This document shows, piece by piece, positions 1 to 7,165 of a DNA stretch of 64,000 bases. The DNA is from Desulfovibrio sp. MES5 (GTDB lineage Bacteria; Desulfobacterota; Desulfovibrionia; Desulfovibrionales; Desulfovibrionaceae). The notes under the pieces were generated by a model. The model ran no database searches, was not told the origin of the DNA, and worked only from the letters and a program-made list of their open reading frames with translations. The stretch is taken from NCBI RefSeq assembly GCF_002237645.1, contig NZ_MJUZ01000016.1:15-64014 (forward strand). Reading direction: 5' to 3'. A program made the translations under genes and the position numbers. Each line of letters opens with the position of its first letter. Position 1 is the stretch's first letter.

Positions 1-77
1 AGTTGCCAGACCGCAAGTTGTTGTAACAAATCAAAAGGAGTTTTGCTGACGTGCTTAAAGCTTTAAGCTTTACGGAA

Positions 78-100
78 CCCCCCGCCTAGCGGGGGGTTTT
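78..100 (+). terminator. Intrinsic terminator-like hairpin with T-run
   Basis: Stem CCCCCCGC (78-85) / GCGGGGGG (89-96), 3-nt loop, TTTT 97-100. It would serve a plus-strand gene ending at or left of the window edge. Confidence 0.55.
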
Positions 101-108
101 CTACATAC

Positions 109-136
109 AAAAAAGCGCTCGCCCCAAGGGCTGCGC
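109..136 (-). terminator. Intrinsic terminator downstream of the GATase gene
   Basis: On the minus strand, GCGC-A-GCCC TTG GGGC-GA-GCGC is followed by TTTTTT (plus-strand A-run 109-114). It starts 3 nt after the stop at 139. Confidence 0.55.
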
Positions 137-138
137 CC

Positions 139-837
139 TCAGGCAACCTCTTCAGCCAGCCAGCGGCGCATGAAGTTCTGCCCCGCCGTGCGGGCGGCTT
201 CTCCCAGCCGTAGCGCGTCCGCCCGTATGGCGCGGGGATCGTTGCCGGTCTGGGCCAGCTCGCAGCAATGGCCGATAAGCCAGGTATCCATAAGTCTGGC
301 GTCCATTTCCGGGTGAAATTGCAGGGCAAGCTGGCCGCGACCGCAGGAAAAGGCCTGATGCGGCGTCAAAGGCGTTGCGGCCAGCAGTTCGCATCCTGCC
401 GGGACATCAAACGTGTCGCCATGCCAGTGGAGCACAGGGGCATCCACAAGCTCCGCCAGGGGACCGCGCAGCCCCGCTGCGGTCACGTCCACCGTGCCCC
501 AGCCTATTTCTTTTTTTGGCCCGGCATACACCCTTGCGCCAAGAGCTGCGGCCATGATCTGCGCCCCAAGGCAAATGCCCAGCAAGGGCTTGCCCGAGGC
601 CAGCCGCTCCGCCACCATGGCCCTTTCGTCAAGCAGGAAAGGATAGATATCTTCTTCGCCCACGCCGATGGGGCCGCCAAGAACCACTGCAAGGTCAGCA
701 TCCTTCCACAGATCGCTGGTTATGGGGCTCACCCCGGCCTGCACATAGGTCACGGCATAGCCGGCTTCTTTCAAAGGCTGCTCAAAAACGCCCAAATGCT
801 CAAAAGCCACATGCTGTACGGCAACGCAACGTTTCAT
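139..837 (-). CDS. Stand-alone class I glutamine amidotransferase (GATase1, GMP-synthase-N-terminal-like)
   Basis: 232-aa ORF with nucleophile-elbow motif PLLGICLGAQ and C-terminal LQFHPE His/Glu motif. No synthase domain is attached. Confidence 0.8.
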   Translation of the reverse strand: MKRCVAVQHVAFEHLGVFEQPLKEAGYAVTYVQAGVSPITSDLWKDADLAVVLGGPIGVGEEDIYPFLLDERAMVAERLASGKPLLGICLGAQIMAAALGARVYAGPKKEIGWGTVDVTAAGLRGPLAELVDAPVLHWHGDTFDVPAGCELLAATPLTPHQAFSCGRGQLALQFHPEMDARLMDTWLIGHCCELAQTGNDPRAIRADALRLGEAARTAGQNFMRRWLAEEVA

Positions 838-1285
838 ATTTCCCTCACAGGCAGTAAGTTACATCCCCGTTATCCGCAAGAACAGGCCCCGGCGTCAAAC
901 CATTTCTGCTCCGCAAGGTTCGCGCAGCCGCCCTTCCCCAGAAATGATTACCCCCGAGAATATATGTTTGCAAAATAAACCGGAACGGGGGTGGGCACTG
1001 AGGGCCGGTCTGGCGCGCCGTGGCTGGCGCAAAGGGCAGGGCTGCACTGGCGAAGCCCCGGCGCAGCCCGTGCATGACCGCGCGGAAAAGGCTGGCTGAA
1101 CCGCCAGCGCGAATCCGCCCGCCTTTTCGGCTTGGGCCAGGCCGTTCTCGCTCTGGTCGGGCTTCTCCGGCTATGGCGGGATGTCCCGGATGGGGGCGGG
1201 CCTTTTCGGCTTTGGGCGGTCTGTTGCCTATTCGCGCTGCCAGTACCGGTGTACGGTGCTGGCGCAGGCCGGAGCCGCCGGAAAA

Positions 1286-2179
1286 TCAGGACGCGCTCTT
1301 GCTTCCTGTTTTACCGCGAGGCCGCGCACTGCTGATGAGCACGCCAGCCACCACAAGCGCCCCGCCCACAAGGCTCAAGAAGGGCAGCCTCTCCCCGGCC
1401 ATGCGCCCGAAAATAGCCGCCCATACAGGTTCCCCGGCATAAATGAGGGTGGCGCGGGTGGGCGAAATACTTTTTTGCGCCCAGTTCATGACCAGTTGAA
1501 TGAGGGCTGTGGCAACTCCAAGCCCGCAGGCGCTGCACACGAGCACCCACGAAAACCCCGGAACAGGTTCGCCCACAATGGGCATAAGGCTGAAACTCAG
1601 AATTGAGGTGACGGTCACCTGCACAACAGTGACCCTGCGCACATTGACCGACCCCGCAAAGTAGCCGATGAACAGAATTTCAAGAGCGCAGGCCACGGCC
1701 CCCAGCAGCGTGACCATCTCGCCGACGCCAAAGCCCAGCGAAACGCCGTCGGGCCCGGCCAGCAAAATCAGCCCCACCAGGGCGCAGCCTATGCCCAGCC
1801 ACGCCATTGTGCTCGGGCGATGCCGCATGAATACCCATTGTAAAATAGGCACGGCAGGCACATAAAAAGCCGTTATAAACGCGGACTTGCTGGCAGAGAT
1901 GGTAATAAGCCCATACGACTGCAAGGCATAGCCGCCCAGCAGCGAAAGCCCGATGAGGGACCCGGCAAAAAGCTCGTGCACGGTGAGTCCACGCAGAATG
2001 GGCAAAGAAATGACAAGAAGCGCCAGAGCCGCCGACCCAAAACGCAGTCCCACAAAAAACAGGGGGCCGGTAACATCCAGAGCGTTGCGTATGATAAGAA
2101 ACGTCGTACCCCAGATCATGGTTACGCCAACCAGCGCCCATTCACCCTGGCTGAGCTGAAAAAAACTTTTATCCCGCAT
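1286..2179 (-). CDS. EamA/DMT-family transporter
   Basis: ORF 1286..2224. About 10 hydrophobic helices in two EamA-like halves. Start moved to ATG 2179 (MRDKSFFQL), which is uncertain because no clear SD precedes either ATG. Confidence 0.75.
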   Translation of the reverse strand: MRDKSFFQLSQGEWALVGVTMIWGTTFLIIRNALDVTGPLFFVGLRFGSAALALLVISLPILRGLTVHELFAGSLIGLSLLGGYALQSYGLITISASKSAFITAFYVPAVPILQWVFMRHRPSTMAWLGIGCALVGLILLAGPDGVSLGFGVGEMVTLLGAVACALEILFIGYFAGSVNVRRVTVVQVTVTSILSFSLMPIVGEPVPGFSWVLVCSACGLGVATALIQLVMNWAQKSISPTRATLIYAGEPVWAAIFGRMAGERLPFLSLVGGALVVAGVLISSARPRGKTGSKSAS

Positions 2180-2560
2180 GATGGCAAATACCTGATCCCT
2201 CGTAAGCAGACTGGGGCAAAACATTATTGCCGCAGCGGATGTAAAACAACGCGAATTGCAGTTCTCTGCCGGGTCTCGTGCCGGGCAGTCAGTCCAGAGC
2301 GGATTACCACTGAGACTCTACTGCCCAAGGTTTTGACACGAGCGCCTGGGCGCTTGCCAGTGCATATAATCTGCGCCTGTATGCCTTCACTGCGCCCTTC
2401 TGCCCCGCAGCCGCCGGAATTCTTCCAAAGCGAACTCGCTCTGACGGCCACTGAGCATACGCGCAATCCAATACAAAAAAAGTCTGGCTCATTGCGGAAC
2501 ACCTGGTTGTGACTGCACTGGGCGTCCCGCTTCCAGCAGGGCACTGTAGCTCGTGCCAGC

Positions 2561-2592
2561 GCAAAAGGGAACCGGCAAAACCGGTTCCCTTT
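2561..2592 (-). terminator. Intrinsic terminator downstream of the amino-acid permease
   Basis: 12-bp stem AAAGGGAACCGG / CCGGTTCCCTTT with a 5-nt loop. The minus-strand 3' arm runs into CCCTTTTGC. Lies 67 nt after the stop at 2659. Confidence 0.6.
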
Positions 2593-2658
2593 CTGCGGCC
2601 AGAGCATGGCCGAACTCGTATCTCCCGTGACGCGACTGGCCCCGCGGGAGCGGATATA

Positions 2659-4038
2659 TCACAAATTGTATTTTTTCTTCGCCTTGTACCCAAGCCACAC
2701 AAGAACCAGCCACACCGGCACCGCCTGCACAGAGCCTTCCATGCCGATCTGCGTCAGCACCACGAGCACCACTGCCATGAAAAGCAGGCAGAGGTAGTTG
2801 GACAGCGGATACCAGAAGGCTTTGAACACGATCTTTTCACCGGCTTTAACCTTGGCCGCCCGGAACTTGATGTGCGTAAGGCTGATCATCGCCCAGTTGA
2901 TGACAAGGGCCGCCACCACCAGAGCCATAAGCATGCCAAGAGCCTGGGCGGGCATAAAGTAGTTCAGCAGCACGCACAACAGCGTTGCGCCCGAGGATAT
3001 CATAAGGGCGGGAACCGGCACGCCTCTGGCGCTGACTTTGGCCAGAACCTTGGGCGCATTGCCCTGAAGCGCCAGCCCGTAAAGCATGCGGCTGTTGCAG
3101 TACACACAGCTGTTGTACACGGACAACGCCGCAGTCAGCACCACAAAGTTGAGCACATGCGCCGCCGAGGGCACGCCGATAAGATCAAAAATCTGCACAA
3201 AGGGGCTGGCCACCATGGCTTCTGCCCAGCGGCTCTTGTCCACTGAAGCGCCAAGCTTGTTCCAGGGGTGCAGGGTCAGCAGCACGGTAAGCGCGCCGAT
3301 GTAGAAAATGAGAATGCGGTAAATAAGCTGGTTGACGGCCTTGGGGATGGTTTTTTGCGGATTGGATGTCTCTGCGGCGGCAATGCCCACAAGCTCAAGC
3401 CCGCCAAAGGAGAAGCTCACCACGGCCAGAGAAGTGAAAACTCCGCCCCAGCCTCTGGCAAAAAAGCCGCCGTATTCCCACAGATTGCTGACGCTGGCAT
3501 CAGGGCCTGCATTGCCGGACACCAGCAAAAAGGTGCCAAGGCCAATCATGGCCACAATGGCGGCAACCTTGATGGAGGCGAACCAGAACTCCATTTCGCC
3601 AAAAACGCCCACTTGGGCCAGGTTGATGCCATTGATGAGAAGAAAGAAAAATGCCGTGGTCTGCCACGGCTCTATACCAGGGAACCAATACTGCACGTAC
3701 ACGGCCACGGCAGTGAGTTCCGACATGCCCACCAGTACGTATAGTATCCAGTAATTCCAGCCAGAGAGCAAACCGGGAAATTCGCCCCAGTATTTGTAAG
3801 CAAGATTGCTGAAAGATCCGGCCACAGGCTCCTGCGCCATCATTTCGCCAAGCTGGCGCATGATGAGAAAAGCGATAAACCCGCCGATGGCATAACTGAG
3901 AATAACGGCAGGACCGGCCATTTGAATTGTGCCCGCAGATCCGAGAAAAAGGCCTGTGCCAATGGCTCCGCCGAGGGCAATCAGTTGGATGTGCCTGTTT
4001 TTTAAGGCACGGTGTAGTTCTTGGGTGTCTTTTTTCAT
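2659..4038 (-). CDS. APC-superfamily amino-acid permease (AroP/CycA/AnsP-like)
   Basis: 459 aa, about 12 TM segments, N-terminal signature LKNRHIQLIALGGAIGTGLFLGS. AAGGG-type SD precedes the ATG. Confidence 0.9.
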   Translation of the reverse strand: MKKDTQELHRALKNRHIQLIALGGAIGTGLFLGSAGTIQMAGPAVILSYAIGGFIAFLIMRQLGEMMAQEPVAGSFSNLAYKYWGEFPGLLSGWNYWILYVLVGMSELTAVAVYVQYWFPGIEPWQTTAFFFLLINGINLAQVGVFGEMEFWFASIKVAAIVAMIGLGTFLLVSGNAGPDASVSNLWEYGGFFARGWGGVFTSLAVVSFSFGGLELVGIAAAETSNPQKTIPKAVNQLIYRILIFYIGALTVLLTLHPWNKLGASVDKSRWAEAMVASPFVQIFDLIGVPSAAHVLNFVVLTAALSVYNSCVYCNSRMLYGLALQGNAPKVLAKVSARGVPVPALMISSGATLLCVLLNYFMPAQALGMLMALVVAALVINWAMISLTHIKFRAAKVKAGEKIVFKAFWYPLSNYLCLLFMAVVLVVLTQIGMEGSVQAVPVWLVLVWLGYKAKKKYNL

Positions 4039-4334
4039 ACCTGGCCCTTAGGTTATAATGATTCGGGAAGCCATAGCAGCATTCCGAGCTTTTGAAAAGA
4101 CGGTTGGACCCGGTGCAACATCTCCAATGCCTTTGAAGCGGCTTTGGGCCTGCTGATTTTTTTTGGCGCATGTAAAAAGTCCGTCCTCCCACTGGACAGA
4201 TGCGCCTCAGTATCGTAAAATTTTTTTGAATAATAAATTTTTTAATACAAATTGCAGCCCTGCGGCCAACCTCGCAAAAAATGGGCGCATATTACGTCGA
4301 AACGAACATCTTTCGTCAACCACAGGAGATCGTC

Positions 4335-5447
4335 ATGAGTACAGTTTTGGGAACGCTTGACCATGTTCTGCTGATGGCCCCCGGCCCCAGCCCCGTTGCC
4401 TCCAACGTCCTTCAGGCCATGAGCCTGCCCACCCTTGGGCACCTTGACCCCGACTGCATCAAGGTTATGGACGCCATTCAGGATCAGCTGCGGGCCGTAT
4501 GCAAAACCGGCAACGACGTTACCTTTCCCATTTCTGGCACTGGCTCGGCCGGTATGGAAACATGCTTCGTCAACCTGATTGAGCCGGGCGACGCCGTGCT
4601 TGTGGTCAACAACGGCGTGTTCAGCTCCCGCATGGTGGAAGTGGCCTCACGGCTTGGAGCAGAAGTGGACGTGGTGGAAAGCCCCTGGGGCACGCCCGTC
4701 AAGGTGCAGGATGTCAAGGCGCAACTGGCGAAAAAACATTACAAGATTCTGGCCGTGGTGCATGCCGAAACCTCCACGGGCGTGAACAACCCTGTTGCCG
4801 AGTTGGGTGAGTTGGTCAAAGGCAGCGACACCCTGTATCTGGTGGACAGCGTGGCCGGACTCGGCGGCGTGGACGTGCAGGTGGACAACTGGGGCGTCGA
4901 TGCCTTTTACAGCGGCTCGCAAAAATGCCTTTCCGTCCCCCCCGGCCTTGCGCCCGCGTCTTTCTCCGAGGCCGCAATGGACGCCATGGCCAAACGCAAG
5001 ACCAAGGTGCCCAACTGGTATCTGGACGTGTCGCTTATCCGCAAGTACTGGGAAGGCTCCCCGCGCGTGTACCACCACACCGCGCCCATTAACATGTACT
5101 ACGGCCTGCACCAGGCCCTGGACAACCTGCTGACCGAAGGTCTGGACGCCGCCTTCGCGCGCCACAAGGCCATGCACCAGCGCCTGGTGGACGGTCTGGC
5201 CGATCTGGGCTTCAGCCTCTATGTCAAGGAAGGTGCGGCCCCGCAGGTGAACCTTTTTGTGCCGCCCGCTGGCGTGGACCCCAACGCGCTGAAGGGCTGC
5301 CTGCGCGAAAAGCATAAGATTGAAGTGGCTGGCGGCCTGGGCGCTCTGGCTGGCAAGGTGCTTCGTGTGGGCGTTATGGGCGAAGGCGCGCGGCCTGAAG
5401 CCATTGACAAGCTGCTCGCGGCCATTCGGGTCTGCATGGGCAAGTAA
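4335..5447 (+). CDS. PLP-dependent class V aminotransferase (serine-pyruvate / alanine-glyoxylate type)
   Basis: LLMAPGPSPV N-terminus and SGSQKCL PLP-lysine motif. GGAG SD at 4325-4328 precedes ATG 4335; the track ORF begins earlier at 4281. Confidence 0.85.
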   Translation: MSTVLGTLDHVLLMAPGPSPVASNVLQAMSLPTLGHLDPDCIKVMDAIQDQLRAVCKTGNDVTFPISGTGSAGMETCFVNLIEPGDAVLVVNNGVFSSRMVEVASRLGAEVDVVESPWGTPVKVQDVKAQLAKKHYKILAVVHAETSTGVNNPVAELGELVKGSDTLYLVDSVAGLGGVDVQVDNWGVDAFYSGSQKCLSVPPGLAPASFSEAAMDAMAKRKTKVPNWYLDVSLIRKYWEGSPRVYHHTAPINMYYGLHQALDNLLTEGLDAAFARHKAMHQRLVDGLADLGFSLYVKEGAAPQVNLFVPPAGVDPNALKGCLREKHKIEVAGGLGALAGKVLRVGVMGEGARPEAIDKLLAAIRVCMGK

Positions 5448-5464
5448 GTTCCTGAACCATCCCT

Positions 5465-5493
5465 GCGGGCGGCGGTCACAGGCTGCCGCCCGC
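5465..5493 (+). terminator. Hairpin downstream of the aminotransferase gene (no T-run)
   Basis: 9-bp GC stem GCGGGCGGC (5465-5473) / GCCGCCCGC (5485-5493), starting 18 nt after the stop. Confidence 0.4.
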
Positions 5494-5938
5494 ATCCAGA
5501 ATTCGTTCAACGAAAACTTGCCGATACTGCGAAGGCGGAGGATGCGCGCCGTAACAGCGTAAGCGCCTGTTCTTCGCTGGTACGCGCCAGTACGGCTCCT
5601 TCAAACGTCAAAAAAACGTTCGCCGAATTTGGTCCGCGCCCGCCAGGGGCATGGTCACGCCCACATGGCGCAGCACGACGCTGCCGCAGCATTGGTGCGT
5701 TTGGCCAATGGCGACAGCCATAGCGTGGAGCAGACCGTGCGGCACGCCTGCTGCCTTAGTTCGGGATTTATAGCGTGCACAGGCTGAAGCCTGTACAGCG
5801 CCGGTTTCCTGCTCCGCAAGACCATTCGGTCAACGGTTGATGCAAGCACTGCGGGCAAGAGTGAAGTGTGGTTGCGTTTTCAGGTGGACGTCAGCGCATG
5901 CGGGCGCATGAATTACCAATGCTACACTGCGCCAGCGC

Positions 5939-6256
5939 TCAGACCTTTTCTTCGTCGCTCTCGACCTTAGCAGCCATGGCCTTGCTAAGTGAGGCGGCAC
6001 GGCGCTCACTGTTCTTCTTTTTTTCGATCTCTTCCGAAACGCGCCTGAAAAAATCCTCCGGCTGAACTCGCAAGGCTTCACAAATGGAATAGATGGCATT
6101 GACGGTAGGCTTTTTCAGCTCCCGTTCAATGTCACGCAAATAGCGTCTCTCAAGGCAGGCAAAGTCAGCCAGAGACGACTTGGTCATGCCGCGCTCTGCC
6201 CGCAAAACCTCAATCACCCTGGCAATGGCGCTCGAAAGGTATGGATATACTTTCAT
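5939..6256 (-). CDS. XRE-family helix-turn-helix transcriptional regulator
   Basis: 105 aa. HTH_3-like core RGMTKSSLADFACLERRYLRDIERELKKPTVNAIYSICEAL followed by a charged C-terminal tail. Confidence 0.8.
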   Translation of the reverse strand: MKVYPYLSSAIARVIEVLRAERGMTKSSLADFACLERRYLRDIERELKKPTVNAIYSICEALRVQPEDFFRRVSEEIEKKKNSERRAASLSKAMAAKVESDEEKV

Positions 6257-6265
6257 GAGTATTGA

Positions 6266-6496
6266 TTACACCAAATTCTGCCGATGAACATGTGCTATAG
6301 TACTCATAAATTGAGAACTATAGTTCACTTTCTTTTTTTCCGATTTCTTTATCGAGCAACAATCTCCGCACAATTCTTTTTTACGCATATTCATACCCCC
6401 TATATTCCTGTCTTTCTGCTTCACAAAACATTTACACACCCTGCAAAGAATAGGTTTATAAATAAATAGATATCCACTGCGCATATCATACAACAC
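6266..6496 (-). CDS. Hypothetical small Cys-rich ORF in the AT-rich islet (possibly only the 40-aa version from ATG 6388)
   Basis: Contains CxxC..CxxCC. AGGGGG SD-like sequence lies 7 nt before ATG 6388. Sits immediately upstream of the XRE gene. No recognisable family. Confidence 0.2.
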   Translation of the reverse strand: MLYDMRSGYLFIYKPILCRVCKCFVKQKDRNIGGMNMRKKELCGDCCSIKKSEKKKVNYSSQFMSTIAHVHRQNLV

Positions 6497-6651
6497 AAAT
6501 ACATACCATATACTATCAATATTATTTCATACATATAGATAGCCAACAAAACAGTTATAAGTAACACAACATTATTAAACAATTTGTAGTTGTGTTTATT
6601 GAAAGTAAAAATGAAATATAAATCATCAGTATTAACTTTACTTCGCCACAT
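6421..6651 (-). CDS. Hypothetical small hydrophobic ORF in the AT-rich islet
   Basis: 76 aa with a long hydrophobic stretch (VVLLITVLLAIYMYEIILIVYGMYLCCMICAV). No SD. Overlaps 6266..6496 in another frame. Could be chance in AT-rich DNA. Confidence 0.15.
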   Translation of the reverse strand: MWRSKVNTDDLYFIFTFNKHNYKLFNNVVLLITVLLAIYMYEIILIVYGMYLCCMICAVDIYLFINLFFAGCVNVL

Positions 6652-7165
6652 TGATAGTCAAATTGGTAATTGCATATTGACATATAAAAATATTGTTAAA
6701 CATTCCTCTTTCTTTCAAGGTGCCTTCGACGTTTCAAATCAAGAACAAACACCATTATCGGTTATCAACTGACCAGTGCATTAGAAAACAAATTTATTTT
6801 TAAATTTTAATGTATTATAAGAAAATTTCTTGTCGCGGGGCACTGATCTGGCACAAATTGCCCGCAATGGTCAATTGATACTTGCTTCAGCAATCCAATA
6901 AATGTAGAGTAATCCATCATTTGTCACCAATCCATTACTGCGAGCCAAGTTTTCGTCCCTTTTGTCCTCACGCAGCGAATATTGGGCCAGGGTGACGTGA
7001 TTTACGTGATTGTTGCCCTGATCGCTGGCGCCTCCAGAAAACATAGACTATGCTATACGCAGGGCGGACCCCCCGACTTGCTCGAAATCCACTGTGCGGG
7101 TGGTGTGCTTCTGTAGCATCGGACAAACGCTTCCCTATGATCTGCGAAACCTGAGGAAAGCGCGC

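Noticed and set aside
1-66. Possible 3' end of a plus-strand gene at the left edge
   Set aside because: All three frames reach a stop within 66 nt and nothing is recognisable. Only the downstream terminator hairpin (78-100) is reported.
268-978. 236-aa plus-strand ORF over the GATase gene
   Set aside because: It is antisense to a protein with clear GATase1 catalytic motifs.
4039-4260. Possible riboswitch (glycine or amino-acid type) in the 5' leader of the amino-acid permease; hairpin GGCGCAT...ATGCGCC at about 4166-4208
   Set aside because: Only fragments (GGAGA..CACCG) resemble the glycine aptamer. The GGGCAA and second-domain elements are missing, so it cannot be supported without a CM search.
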